From Candidatus Latescibacterota bacterium (GTDB lineage Bacteria > Latescibacterota > UBA2968 > GCA-2709665), in the NCBI GenBank assembly GCA_965203805.1, contig OZ241917.1:4736001-4800000 (forward strand): a stretch of 64,000 nucleotides of DNA, read 5' to 3'. The stretch's first letter is position 1. The number at the start of each line of letters is the position of its first letter. Shown piece after piece: positions 20,173 through 30,616 of the stretch. Below the pieces are notes generated by a model that was not told the DNA's origin, did no database searches, and saw only the letters and a program-made list of their open reading frames with translations. The position numbers and the translations under genes were made by a program.

Positions 20173-20901
20173 ATGGTTGAACAGACCGGCAAACCGCTTG
20201 CTGGAAAGGGCGCTGTGATTACCGGCGCCGGGCGCGGCATCGGCCGGGCCATTGCGCTGGGCTACGCCCGGGCGGGCGCATCGGTCTGCTGCGCCGCGAG
20301 GACCGAAAGCGAGATCGAGGAAACCGTACAGGAGATCCGGGCGGAGGGTGGAACCGCGGTCGCGATCCGTACGGACGTATCGGATTGGGCCGATGTCCAG
20401 GCGCTGTTCGATTTTGCGGAATCGCAGCTTTCCGGAATCGACATTGCCGTCCTCAATGCCGGGGTGAACGTCGACCATGGCTCCGTTGAATGCGGCGATC
20501 CGGCCGCCTGGGAGGAGACCATTCGCATCAATCTGCTCGGCGCGTACTATTGCGCGCGGGCGGCGATTCCGGCATTGAAGCGTCGGGGCGGCGGAAAGAT
20601 CATCGCCATGGGCTCCGGCATGGGCCACAGGGGATTCGCGGAGAGCTCGGCCTACTGCTGTTCGAAGGCAGGCCTCTGGATGTTGACGCGCGTTCTCGCG
20701 CAGGAACTTCGGCAGCACAACATCAGCGTGAACGAACTCATTCCGGGACCGGTGCGAACGGATATGGACGCGGTCCTCCACATCGAGGGCGAGTGGTTCA
20801 AGTCTCCGGAAGACGTTGTGCCAATGGCGCTCTTCCTGGCGACGCAGCCCCACGTCGGCCCCACCGCGCAGAGTTACAGCCTGATGCGGCGGGATAACTG
20901 A
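20173..20901 (+). CDS. SDR-family oxidoreductase
   Basis: TGAGRGIG, NAG, YCCSK motifs. Confidence 0.92.
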   Translation: MVEQTGKPLAGKGAVITGAGRGIGRAIALGYARAGASVCCAARTESEIEETVQEIRAEGGTAVAIRTDVSDWADVQALFDFAESQLSGIDIAVLNAGVNVDHGSVECGDPAAWEETIRINLLGAYYCARAAIPALKRRGGGKIIAMGSGMGHRGFAESSAYCCSKAGLWMLTRVLAQELRQHNISVNELIPGPVRTDMDAVLHIEGEWFKSPEDVVPMALFLATQPHVGPTAQSYSLMRRDN

Positions 20902-21920
20902 TGGGCGCGGAACTGGCCTCAATGAAGGATATCCGGACCCTATTCCACGAAAAGCCGGATGTCTCGCGGTCCCGGATCGATGCGCTCCTCGAGAAACACG
21001 GCTTCAGTTCGTCCCGGTCTTTCAAGCGGCTGGATGCGACGAATTTCACCAACCAGATGTTCCTGGCGAATACCCTGCACCACGGTCGCATCATCCTGAA
21101 AACACAATTCCGGCAGACCTCCGGTTTCAGTCTGAAAAACGAGTTCATCGCCACGCGGGCACTTCAGAACGCCCCCGGGGTTCCTGTATCCGAGTCCGTT
21201 GTGTACGACGGCGACGGGAATCCGCTTCCGTTTGAATGTCTCCTGATCCCGCGCGAACCTGGTGAGCAGGGTACTGGCATCTACAATAGCGCGTCCCGGG
21301 CGCAAAGACTGCGGCTGGGCGCCATGCTGGGAGAGACCCTGGCGCGCGTGCACAACCAGCGGTGTCCGGAATTGCTTCAAGCTGAGAATACGAGAGACCT
21401 GGCGTGTTGGGAGGGGACGGTCCGGGACGCGCTATTCGGAGACGAAGCGCTGGCTTCTTCGATTGAGGCGACGCTTCCTGAATTGTGGAACAGGCTGCTG
21501 GCCGCCCTGGAGCCCGCGCCCGACGTCCGGATACACGGCGGCAACGTCTTCCTGTGGGGAGAACCGGGGCTGCATAACGTGCTCGTGGAGAACGGCGGTT
21601 CTCTGCGGATCACAAACGTCCGCGACTTCCAGTCGGCCGGATGGGGAACGGCGGTCCACGACCTGCAGCAGGTGGAAGGCGAAGCCGTGGCCGGGCCGGA
21701 TTCGGATCACTATGAACCCGGATATGTCGATGAATTTCGATCATCCTACCGGGCCGCTATCGAAAAACCGGTCGCGACCCTGTCAGCTGAAGAGGAAAAG
21801 CTGCTTGCAGTTGTCAAGAACATCTGCGGGATCAGGTTTTTCTGGGACTGCGGTCGCCTGCTCCACCCCGGGACGCCTGCATTCCTGGGCGCGGCGGTAA
21901 GCGATCTGGAGAGTCTCTAA
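20901..21920 (+). CDS. APH/kinase-like protein with an atypical catalytic loop
   Basis: ILK, LARVH, WGEPGLHNVLV, RDFQSAGWG....DL. Confidence 0.7.
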   Translation: MGAELASMKDIRTLFHEKPDVSRSRIDALLEKHGFSSSRSFKRLDATNFTNQMFLANTLHHGRIILKTQFRQTSGFSLKNEFIATRALQNAPGVPVSESVVYDGDGNPLPFECLLIPREPGEQGTGIYNSASRAQRLRLGAMLGETLARVHNQRCPELLQAENTRDLACWEGTVRDALFGDEALASSIEATLPELWNRLLAALEPAPDVRIHGGNVFLWGEPGLHNVLVENGGSLRITNVRDFQSAGWGTAVHDLQQVEGEAVAGPDSDHYEPGYVDEFRSSYRAAIEKPVATLSAEEEKLLAVVKNICGIRFFWDCGRLLHPGTPAFLGAAVSDLESL

Positions 21921-22049
21921 GGCACGGCATCGTCCACCGACAAGCCCCTGGGGCATGTATCCCCTCTGCCCGTCGACCTCCCCCCAGGGGGAGTCAAATA
22001 ACCTCGGCGCCGACTTCGATATTTCGGTCCCGTCGGAGACATCTGAAGG

Positions 22050-22856
22050 ATGTCCGAATTGCGGATAGGGCTCGTTTCCATCCCGGTGGAAGAGAATGCG
22101 TTTTCGGACAATCTGAATGCGGCCAGTGCCGTGCTTGAGGAGGGAGCGAACGACGGAATTGACCTGTTCGTTTTCGGCGAAGCGGCGTTGACCGGTCTGG
22201 ACATTGATAAAGCGCGGATTCGTGGCGCCCCGGATACGTCGGAAGCGTTACGGGCCGTCAACAGCCTGACGGAGGACTTTTCTACCTCCATATGCACAGG
22301 ATTTGTTGAGCGGGAAGCTGACCGATATTATCTGACACACTGCCTGTCGTCAGACGGGAGACTTTGCGGCATTCAACGGAAAGTCTTCGCGGGAAACCCG
22401 ACCCGTCCGCATTCTTTCGCATCCGGAAAGGAGATTCGTCCGATTCCCTTTCGCGGGTTCTATATCGTGATCCTGGCCTGTGCGGACTGGCTGTTGCCTG
22501 AAACCGTGATGGCGGCGGGGCAGCATGAGCCCGGCCTGATTCTGGCTCCGACGGATCAGTATTCCTGGACACCCCACAATCGGTCGGTCCTGCACAAAGC
22601 CGGTCAATCCGCATCCTTCTGGCTGCAGGCGCCGTTGATAGCAGCGTTCGGTTCCTATGCCGCGCCAGAGGCCGAAACGGGCGAAGTCTTCGCTTGTCTC
22701 GCGTTCGACAACCGGGGAGACGAATTGATCAAGACGTCGAGACAATTCGGGGAGATTACGGTCCACACCATAGACGTGGAAATCCGGAAAGCGCAACGGA
22801 AGTGGGGTGGGTTTCGGGAGCGGAAGAAATATCTCGACTCTGTCCGACCTGGTTGA
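22050..22856 (+). CDS. Carbon-nitrogen hydrolase (nitrilase superfamily)
   Basis: Glu-Lys-Cys triad: VFGEA, QRKV, LACAD. Confidence 0.82.
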   Translation: MSELRIGLVSIPVEENAFSDNLNAASAVLEEGANDGIDLFVFGEAALTGLDIDKARIRGAPDTSEALRAVNSLTEDFSTSICTGFVEREADRYYLTHCLSSDGRLCGIQRKVFAGNPTRPHSFASGKEIRPIPFRGFYIVILACADWLLPETVMAAGQHEPGLILAPTDQYSWTPHNRSVLHKAGQSASFWLQAPLIAAFGSYAAPEAETGEVFACLAFDNRGDELIKTSRQFGEITVHTIDVEIRKAQRKWGGFRERKKYLDSVRPG

Positions 22857-22952
22857 TTCGGGAGTTGTGACGGTTGGCTGCTTTATTCGGAAATCAATCA
22901 ACTCCCTTTCCGTAGAATGGCTCGTCGAGCCAATTAGAAAACGTCGTGAAAG

Positions 22953-22977
22953 GTGGGGCGGACATTCCTGTCTGCCC
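22953..22977. repeat. REP-like palindrome
   Basis: GTGGGGCGGACATTCCTGTCTGCCC, one mismatch to 18116-18140. Confidence 0.75.
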
Positions 22978-23048
22978 ATCTCATCGAGGTGAACACAACG
23001 CTTGATGCGCAGCGGCGAAGACCCGTATCACCTCCAGGAGATTCCTGA

Positions 23049-23789
23049 ATGGAACGCTACGACGCATACGACGCGATTGCCGGGGTCTACAACCGGCACT
23101 GGGGATACTTCGCGGACCGGATCTACCCGGTGCTGCACCGCCTGGTACTGCGGGACCTCCCGCCCGGTTGCGCCGTTCTGGATCTCTGCTGCGGTACCGG
23201 GCAGCTTGCCGCGGTGCTTTCCGATAGAGGGTACGTCGTTACGGGTGTGGATGGTTCCGAAGGGATGATCGAAATTGCGCGGAGAAACGCGCCGGACGCT
23301 GAATTCCTCGTCCAGGACGTACGCGACAGCTCTCTGACCGGCCGTTTTGCGGCGGTGTTCTCCACCTTTGACAGCCTGAACCACGTGATGAGCCTGGACG
23401 AACTGGAGCAGGTCTTTCGAAACGTGAACGCCGTGCTGGAAGACGGCTGCTGCTTCGTATTCGACCTGAACATGGAAGAGGCATATCTGTCGCGATGGCG
23501 CGGCAGTTTCGGCATGGTTGAGGATGACCTAGTGTGCGTGGCCCGATCGTCGAGAGACGAGAAGGAGAGGACCGGCCGGATGGACCTGACCGTGTTCGAA
23601 CTCATCGGAGAAGACTGGAAACGCACGGACGTTCCCCTTCTGCAGCGCTGGTATCCCGAGCGCGACATCAGAGAGCGGCTCCTAAACGCCGGGTTTGAAG
23701 GAAGCCGGACGTTTGACGGCGGCGACCCGAAATTGGAGGGATTGCCGGATTACTCGGGAAGGATGTTCTTCGTGGCGAGAAAACCGTAG
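23049..23789 (+). CDS. Class I SAM-dependent methyltransferase
   Basis: VLDLCCGTG, GVDGSEGM, FDSLNH, FVFDLN. Confidence 0.92.
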   Translation: MERYDAYDAIAGVYNRHWGYFADRIYPVLHRLVLRDLPPGCAVLDLCCGTGQLAAVLSDRGYVVTGVDGSEGMIEIARRNAPDAEFLVQDVRDSSLTGRFAAVFSTFDSLNHVMSLDELEQVFRNVNAVLEDGCCFVFDLNMEEAYLSRWRGSFGMVEDDLVCVARSSRDEKERTGRMDLTVFELIGEDWKRTDVPLLQRWYPERDIRERLLNAGFEGSRTFDGGDPKLEGLPDYSGRMFFVARKP

Positions 23790-23817
23790 GGTCTCCGGTT
23801 CCGATAATGTGCGGCAT

Positions 23818-23836
23818 GTGTCGCAATTTGCGACAC
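23818..23836. promoter_or_regulatory. Perfect palindrome, candidate sigma-54 activator binding site
   Basis: GTGTCGCAA-T-TTGCGACAC; similar to TGTGGCAATTTGCTAC at 26232-26247. Confidence 0.55.
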
Positions 23837-24050
23837 CAGGGTCGGAGAATATCGTACTCGATCCGGCCGCGTCGAATTGAGGATCGGTCAACGAAGCGTG
23901 TGCAGGGGTGAGCCTGCCCGCACGTGTGGGCGACAGCGGGAGACGCGTTGAATACCGGGCTGAGAGGGGAGAGGACCGCCGTCTGTGTCGAGGCCGAGAC
24001 GCCCTCCATACAGGGACGTTGGGGCTCTCAGCCCGGATGGCGCCAGTGGA

Positions 24051-26000
24051 TTAATCACGTACCTGGTTGTATTTCTTCAGTTTGCGGTGCAGGGTTGCGC
24101 GATGGATGCCAAGTGCATTCGCAGCGCGCGTAACATTGTTGCCGGCAACTTCCAGGGCCAGGAGTACTGCTTGTCGTTCAACCTCCGCGAGTGAAAGCGA
24201 CGCCGTCCTCTTCGGGCTGTCCTGTCCGGAAGTGATCGCGGGAGTTAGTTGAGGCGGCAGATTGCCAACCTGAATCACCGGGCTCGTTTCCAGAAGCACA
24301 GCTCGTTCGATGGCATTTTTAAGTTCGCGCACGTTGCCGGGCCAATCGTACTGCAACAGCAGGCGAAGGGCGTACGTGGAGATGCCGTCGAAGGATTTGT
24401 TCAGGCGATTGGCGAATTCTTCAATGAAATGTTCGGCGAGCGCTGGAATGTCCTCCTTTCGTTCCCTTAAGGGCGGAATCACAATGGGAAACGCCGCGAC
24501 GCGATAGAACAGGTCTTCGCGGAATTCGCCCGCCTTCACGGCACGCTCCAGGTCCTTATTGGTTGCCGCTATCACCCTGATGTCGACGGATACGGGAGCG
24601 GTTCCACCAATTCGCTGGATTTCGCGCTCCTGCAAAACGCGTAACAGCGTGCCCTGAAGCGGGTAGGGCAGGTTGCCAATTTCGTCGATAAGGATCGTAC
24701 CCCCGTCTGCGCGTTCGAAGGCCCCGACTCTCCTTGTGGTTGCACCCGTGAATGCGCCCTTCTCGTGTCCGAACAATTCACTTTCGATCAGCGTTTCGGG
24801 AATGGTAGCGCAATCCAATGCCACAAACGGACCACTCTTCCTCCAACTGTTGAAGTGAAATGACCTTGCCACGAGCTCTTTGCCGGTACCGCTTTCGCCC
24901 TGTATCAGCACCGTAATGTCGCTTTCCGCGGCCTGTTTCATCAGTGCGAACACGGTATGCATGCCCTTGCTGGTTCCTACCAAACCGGCAAACGAATACG
25001 TCGTTTCCAATTCAGTGCGCAGGCGCTGTACCTCGGCCTTCATCTGCTCGGCGTCGATTGCCGTGGATACGTCCCGATACAGAACGAGGTTGCCAATGAC
25101 GTGCCCGCGTTCGTCGGTCACAGGCGCGGTTGAGCGGTAGAATAGGCGCTGCCTGGGCAGTCCGTCGGCGCCGGTTGTTTCCACGACGTCCTCGCGGTCA
25201 AGGGGAAGACTGCCGTCCGTGCGGCTCAGGTCAGGTTTCCTGAACCGTTCCGTGAAACGTGCAAGAAGATCGTCCGGTGAAATCCTCTCCAGTTCGATAT
25301 TCTCCAGACCCATGAGTTGCTGGTACATTCCATTGGCGAATACCAGGCGTCCTGTGACGTCCTGCATTGCAATCGCATCGCCTGTGGCATTCAAGACTGC
25401 TTCCAGTCTTGAATTGCTGGTGGCAAGTTGCCGCCTTTGTTTCGCCAACTCTTGCTCGACGTTCCACTTTCCAACCAGCGACAAGGTAATTTGCTGAATT
25501 TCCTCGTGGGTAAATGGTTTTCTTATATAGAGGAGCTTATGCAGCAATTCCATGTCATAGACGACCTCAGGAAGAGACATATCGGTATACGCCGTCATAA
25601 TAACGATTTCGATGTCCCGATCGACTTCTCTCACCCTGCGCACCGTTTCGATGCCATCGATTCCAGGAGGCATTCGAATGTCTATATAGGCGACAGCAAC
25701 GGGTCGATTCGATTGTTTCCCCTCCCTGATTACGTCGTATGCTTCCTGTCCATTGCTCGCGTGCAGCAGTTCGAACTCTGGAAGATAACGCCCTTCCTGC
25801 TCGCGGACGAATGCAGCCGCCAGATCGTCGGCCGAACGGCTCGCAATACTTGAACCCAGCATTTCTACAAAGTCGTCGTGTATCTCGGGCTGATCATCGA
25901 CAATCAGTACCCGGTTGTTGCCGTGATTAAAGGTTTCCATCGACCACCCTGGTCCCCGACCGGTTGACAAGCTATCTGAAAACGGAGCATCCATATTCAT
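24051..26000 (-). CDS. Sigma-54-dependent activator (REC-PAS-AAA+-Fis HTH)
   Basis: IVDD/IDIRMP receiver, PAS-like segment, [47 protein letters not shown]. Confidence 0.95.
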   Translation of the reverse strand: MNMDAPFSDSLSTGRGPGWSMETFNHGNNRVLIVDDQPEIHDDFVEMLGSSIASRSADDLAAAFVREQEGRYLPEFELLHASNGQEAYDVIREGKQSNRPVAVAYIDIRMPPGIDGIETVRRVREVDRDIEIVIMTAYTDMSLPEVVYDMELLHKLLYIRKPFTHEEIQQITLSLVGKWNVEQELAKQRRQLATSNSRLEAVLNATGDAIAMQDVTGRLVFANGMYQQLMGLENIELERISPDDLLARFTERFRKPDLSRTDGSLPLDREDVVETTGADGLPRQRLFYRSTAPVTDERGHVIGNLVLYRDVSTAIDAEQMKAEVQRLRTELETTYSFAGLVGTSKGMHTVFALMKQAAESDITVLIQGESGTGKELVARSFHFNSWRKSGPFVALDCATIPETLIESELFGHEKGAFTGATTRRVGAFERADGGTILIDEIGNLPYPLQGTLLRVLQEREIQRIGGTAPVSVDIRVIAATNKDLERAVKAGEFREDLFYRVAAFPIVIPPLRERKEDIPALAEHFIEEFANRLNKSFDGISTYALRLLLQYDWPGNVRELKNAIERAVLLETSPVIQVGNLPPQLTPAITSGQDSPKRTASLSLAEVERQAVLLALEVAGNNVTRAANALGIHRATLHRKLKKYNQVRD

Positions 26001-26020
26001 CCCGCCCTACGCGCTTTTCC

Positions 26021-26063
26021 GCACAATTCGTGCCAACAACTCTCGAATGCAATCAATTTATTG
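26021..26063 (-). promoter_or_regulatory. Sigma-54 (-24/-12) promoter with adjacent IHF site
   Basis: Minus strand TGGCACGAATTGTGC (26035-26021), 20 bp upstream of the ATG. AATCAATTTATTG at 26051-26063 matches WATCAANNNNTTR. Confidence 0.75.
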
Positions 26064-26521
26064 AATATTAGGGAGTTAGATGGTTCGAACGACTTACGTC
26101 GAATTTCCTGGGTGTTGTACAATGCGCCGATTCGAGTCGCGCCAATGCGCATGCGCCATCCTCGAAGAATCGACTATAACTATTTGTTTTTTATTAATAT
26201 GTGAGGATTTTTCGCAACTCTTCTTATGGAATGTGGCAATTTGCTACTGAAGTCGTCTTTTGCAACGCCGCGGCGGGGGTTTTTCCCTCGCAATCCATTC
26301 AGCCATTCAGCGTCGATTGCCAACCCGTAGCGGACCGCTGTCGTTCAGATCCATGGGCGACGGTGACACGAATCCGAAAAAGGCGGAAGTGCGGAAATCG
26401 GCGACGCCTCCAAACGAGAATCCAGGACCGTACGTAATGCCAAAATTACCAACTCTGCAGTACTCGCCGGAGCGGTGGTTCCCTGCGGACCGGAACTGTG
26501 CACGGGGCGTTCCTTTAGTGG

Positions 26522-28639
26522 CTATCCGGTTTCCAACCGGGGAGCTACTGCCGTTAACGGCAGCATGACGCGCATGGTTGTTCCGTTACCCCTGCCTTCG
26601 CTGGACGGTTCGATTCGTCCACCGGAAGCAATGACGAAGTTGGCCGCCGAATGGAGACCGAGCCCGCTGCCCGATTTCTTCGTGGTATAACCGGGGGTAA
26701 AAAGCACGCGGGTGTCCTTGTGTTCAATTCCGATGCCGTTGTCGATGACTTCAAGGTTGAGGTAGCCGTCCACGGCGCTTGCCTTGATCCGGATGCTCGG
26801 GGTTTCCTGGAGACCGAACAAGACTGCATGTTCATCGATGGCTTCAATTGAATTCTTGACAAGGTTTACCAGCATCTGGTGAAACTGGCTCTCACGGACA
26901 CGAATCTGCTGTGGTGCATCCTCACAGTTGACGTCGGTCCGGATCCCTCTCCGGGCGAGTGATTCTCTCAAGACTCTGAGAGAGCCGGCGAGAGCATCGT
27001 AGAGGTCGACATCCTTGCTATCCATATCGGAACCGTCAAGCGCCTTCTGGGTTCGGATGATGTCCGCGATGCGATTGGCGCGGTCTCTAACGCGGGATAC
27101 CGTTTTCATCAACTCGTCGTTCCGTCTGCCGAAGTCTTCAGCCAGCTTGATGATGAACGGCATGACCTTTCGCCCCTGCGGATCTTTTGAAATGTAGTCG
27201 ATCCAATCGTCCCGGTGTGCGTCGATTGCGCTGGCCAGTGCGAATAGTCGCCGGCCGGCGCGGTCATTCGAGAGATTCCGTCGGACAGTTTCGATCCCGG
27301 TGGTAACACTGTTCATCGCGTTGCCGATATTGTGGAGAATGGTGTCGACCATCTCCAGCCTCCCCTGGTCGAATGCCCGCGCCAATGCCTCCTCGGCGAG
27401 CACCCGCTCCGTAACGTCGCGAAAGATAACCACGCCTCCCCTGATATCGCCCAGGTTGTCGAGCAAGGGCCGCGCGCTCATCCGGATGTAAACGCCTTCC
27501 GGCTTTTTGTCGTTGCGTACAAAGACATCCTCCTCGTCCGTAGACTCACCGCGGTTTATTGCGCGCATGAGCGGCAGGTCTTCCGTCTTCATTGGTGATA
27601 CGCGGTCGGGAAAGTACATACCGTGTTTTCCAGCACAATCGTCAGGAAACCCGTCTATGATGTCCATCCCGACGATCTGTGTGGCGCCCGGATTTACGTA
27701 AAGGAACTTCCCGTCGGTATCGGCAACGATGATGCCGTCACTCATGCTCTTGAGGATGGTCTCCATCAACTCGGCCTGTTCCTGCAGTTTGGCGAACGTC
27801 CGTTCCAACTCAGCTTCCGCCTGCTTTAATTTCGTCACGTCACGGATAACGGCCACTCCGCCTCTTGGCGATCCCAACCGGTCCAGCAGGGGTCTTGCGC
27901 TTATGTTCACGTGGACCCCGTCGGGCTTCAGTTCGTTGCGTATCAGGAACTCGGTTTCTTCGGTTGCCTGGCCTCTGAGGGCAAGCATCAGCGGATTCAG
28001 ATCCTCGCTGAGGACGGTCTGCCCGTCGGGCAGAAATACACCGTATCTTTCGGGCCACCTGGCGATGTCCTTTTCCAGCGGATGGCTACCGCCGATTCGA
28101 GGCCCGCTTGAATTTTGAAACAGGATCGTCCCGTCTTCGTCTACAGCCACCACGCCCTCACTCATGCTGTTGAATACCGTTTCCATGAGTTCCGCATGGT
28201 TCTTGTATTCACCGATTGTTCGTTCAAGGACAATCCGTGTTATTCGATGTTCGCGCTCCCCCTCGCGAATGGAGACGGCGGACTGGATATTCAAATGGAG
28301 CTGCCGTGCGTCGACAGGTTTGAGCACGTAGCCGTACGGTTTCGTCGTCTGTGCCTGTTCAATCAGGTCTCCCTCTACACCGTCGGTCATGTACATGACG
28401 GGAACGTCGAACCGCTGGCACAGGCGTTTGCCAACCGTCGGCCCGGTCACGTCGCCGAGAAGTCCGAGGTCGACCAGCGCCAAGTCGGGTCGCGCTTCAA
28501 CGGCGACAGTATCGACCTTCCGTCCGTCTGAAACGACCGCGGACACGATGTATCCCATCTCTTTCAGGCAGGCCTTCAGATGCGTTGCCAAAGACTCGTC
28601 GTCTGCTGCAATCAGGATTCGCGGTTCCGCGTTCATCAA
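26522..28639 (-). CDS. Hybrid sensor histidine kinase (REC-PAS-PAS-HK)
   Basis: N-terminal receiver, two PAS domains, H-box LHNIGN, NLVKNSIEA, DNGIG, GSGLGL. Confidence 0.93.
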   Translation of the reverse strand: MMNAEPRILIAADDESLATHLKACLKEMGYIVSAVVSDGRKVDTVAVEARPDLALVDLGLLGDVTGPTVGKRLCQRFDVPVMYMTDGVEGDLIEQAQTTKPYGYVLKPVDARQLHLNIQSAVSIREGEREHRITRIVLERTIGEYKNHAELMETVFNSMSEGVVAVDEDGTILFQNSSGPRIGGSHPLEKDIARWPERYGVFLPDGQTVLSEDLNPLMLALRGQATEETEFLIRNELKPDGVHVNISARPLLDRLGSPRGGVAVIRDVTKLKQAEAELERTFAKLQEQAELMETILKSMSDGIIVADTDGKFLYVNPGATQIVGMDIIDGFPDDCAGKHGMYFPDRVSPMKTEDLPLMRAINRGESTDEEDVFVRNDKKPEGVYIRMSARPLLDNLGDIRGGVVIFRDVTERVLAEEALARAFDQGRLEMVDTILHNIGNAMNSVTTGIETVRRNLSNDRAGRRLFALASAIDAHRDDWIDYISKDPQGRKVMPFIIKLAEDFGRRNDELMKTVSRVRDRANRIADIIRTQKALDGSDMDSKDVDLYDALAGSLRVLRESLARRGIRTDVNCEDAPQQIRVRESQFHQMLVNLVKNSIEAIDEHAVLFGLQETPSIRIKASAVDGYLNLEVIDNGIGIEHKDTRVLFTPGYTTKKSGSGLGLHSAANFVIASGGRIEPSSEGRGNGTTMRVMLPLTAVAPRLETG

Positions 28640-28710
28640 TGCTGTTCGCTTTCTTTACACGGGTGAGTGGCTGCAGGACAGTCTGACAAAACCGGTTCCC
28701 ATCCGCCCGT

Positions 28711-29943
28711 TCATTCCGCGGCGGCGTTCTCCCACGACACCCGCACTCCTTTCTTTCTGAATGCGGCGATATGCGCGCGTGCGGACTCACGTGAAAGGGG
28801 GTTTCCGCGTAAGGTCAGTCTGGTGAGTTTGCCGAGTGCGGCAAGGTGTGAAATGTCCGTGACCCGGTTTTGCGCGAGATTGAGCGTTGCGAGGTTAACC
28901 AGCCCGGTGAGCGGCTTGATGTTGCTGATGGCGTTATTGTGAAGGTGCAGGTGCCGGAGATTGGCCAATCCGGATATCGGCGATATGTTTGTGATGCCGT
29001 TGTGCCCCAGATGAAGCCGCTTCAGTTCACTCAGCCCCGCCAGCGGCCCCAAATCGCTGATCGCGTTCCTGTCAACGTAAAGGCGGGTCAGCCTGGCCAG
29101 CCCCGAAAGCGGCGTCAGGTCGTTGATCCCATTCCTGTCCAGGTCCAGTTCCTTCAGATTTTCCAGGGCTGACAATGGCCTCAAGTCACTGATTCCGTTG
29201 CTGTCCAGTCGCAGCGACGTCAGCACGGCCAGCCCGAAAAGGGGCGACAGGTCGCTGATTCCGTTGCTGTCGAGGTCCAATTCCTTCAGGTTTTCCAGAC
29301 CTGCCAACGGTTTCAAATCGCTGATGCCGTTGCCCTCAAGGCGGAGCCCCGTCAGGCTGGTCAGGCCCGATAGCGCCGATACGTCGGTGATGCCGTTGTT
29401 GTCCAGGTCCAGTTCCTTCAGGTCAGTCAGCCCTGACAGAGGCTGGATGTCACTGATGCCATTCCCTTCCAGGCGCAATCTGATCAGAGTTGTCAGCCCG
29501 GCCAGTGGCGAGACGTCGCTGATGCCGTTGTCGCCGAGATAGAGCCTCTCGAGGCTTCGGAGCCTTGAGAGCGGTGTGATATCGCTGATCCGGTTTCCAT
29601 CGAGCCGCAGCCTCTTCAGGCGGGTCAGTCCGGAGAGAGGCGCAAGATCGCTGATGGCGTTGTTGTCGAGACCCAGCACAACCAGGTTCTTGGCGTGCTC
29701 CAGCCCGTTGAGTTGGACGATTCTGTCATTCCGCGCATTCAGGCGCGACAATCTCGCCAGGTCGGCCGCCCTGAGCGGCTCGCCCTTCGCCATATTCAGA
29801 GAATCCCGGACAACCGATCGCAACCGTTCGTCGGGAATCAACAAGGGTCCGGAATCGGGTGCGGAAGGTCTCGCGGCCTGCCGCGGTCCGGCGCATCCGA
29901 TAAAGGAAATGACAACCACCAGGAATGTGAAGGCGCAACGCAT
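28711..29943 (-). CDS. Internalin-like leucine-rich-repeat lipoprotein
   Basis: Signal ending FIGC, cap IPDERLRSVVR, about 15 repeats of 22 aa (LxxLxxLxLxxNxIxDLxPLxG). Confidence 0.92.
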   Translation of the reverse strand: MRCAFTFLVVVISFIGCAGPRQAARPSAPDSGPLLIPDERLRSVVRDSLNMAKGEPLRAADLARLSRLNARNDRIVQLNGLEHAKNLVVLGLDNNAISDLAPLSGLTRLKRLRLDGNRISDITPLSRLRSLERLYLGDNGISDVSPLAGLTTLIRLRLEGNGISDIQPLSGLTDLKELDLDNNGITDVSALSGLTSLTGLRLEGNGISDLKPLAGLENLKELDLDSNGISDLSPLFGLAVLTSLRLDSNGISDLRPLSALENLKELDLDRNGINDLTPLSGLARLTRLYVDRNAISDLGPLAGLSELKRLHLGHNGITNISPISGLANLRHLHLHNNAISNIKPLTGLVNLATLNLAQNRVTDISHLAALGKLTRLTLRGNPLSRESARAHIAAFRKKGVRVSWENAAAE

Positions 29944-30091
29944 GCGAGACCTTCTTCATCGGCCGCCGGCGCGCGGCGGATGCTGGAAATGGGCGTAGTT
30001 GTGCCCATTCGATAGCGTAAACCTGGGTCGGTAAGATCACAGGTCCACTGCCGGTGGGTGAAAAAACGGTGATTCGTAAGATTCGGCCGTG

Positions 30092-30120
30092 AAGATAAGG
30101 CGAAAACAGCGTCTTTACAA
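30092..30120 (-). promoter_or_regulatory. Candidate sigma-70 promoter for the LRR gene
   Basis: TTGTAA-N17-TATCTT on the minus strand. Confidence 0.45.
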
Positions 30121-30332
30121 CTCAAAACGGAAACGGCCCGAGTCGTCAAGGATCGGGCCAATGGAGGAGTCGGCGACGGGTCGAAAGGCCGGCGACGGCT
30201 GATGCGGTAGGGGGATGTCAATTCCCATGCTCAGCCGTGACCGCAACCCACACGCCCGAACTCCAGGGAACGATGTGGGAAGGTGGGGCCTGCCTGCAGC
30301 GCAGGGCACTGCGCAGGCAGGCGTACACGCAC

Positions 30333-30362
30333 AGGCAGGCAGACATTCCTGTCTGCCTGCCT
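30333..30362. repeat. REP-like palindrome
   Basis: AGGCAGGCAGACA-TTCC-TGTCTGCCTGCCT, perfect 13-bp stem. Confidence 0.75.
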
Positions 30363-30616
30363 CGATGTCTTTCCGACGGGAAGGAGATACCTGAAGGGAC
30401 TATTCGAGCCATGGGGAGCGGGTAGAGGGATTTCCGCCGGGAAACGGAGATAGGCTTCCCGGATTCCGGACGCTTCGCAGGCGGCGGAATTCTGGCTGGA
30501 AACGCGCTATCGCGCGGATTACGACGAAGGAATTTTATGGCGCGGTCGCGATTGGTGTTCCACAGGCGCGGCGGTCTCCCAGGTTTTTTCTTTCGATTGT
30601 CTTCGAATTCAGGCGT

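Noticed and set aside
9388-21920. Acquired aminoglycoside-resistance cluster
   Set aside because: AAC(3)- and APH-fold proteins are widespread with unknown substrates, and no mobile context is visible.
2909-23789. attC sites between accessory genes
   Set aside because: I found no RYYYAAC...GTTRRRY-bounded palindromes by eye; the spacers are heterogeneous.
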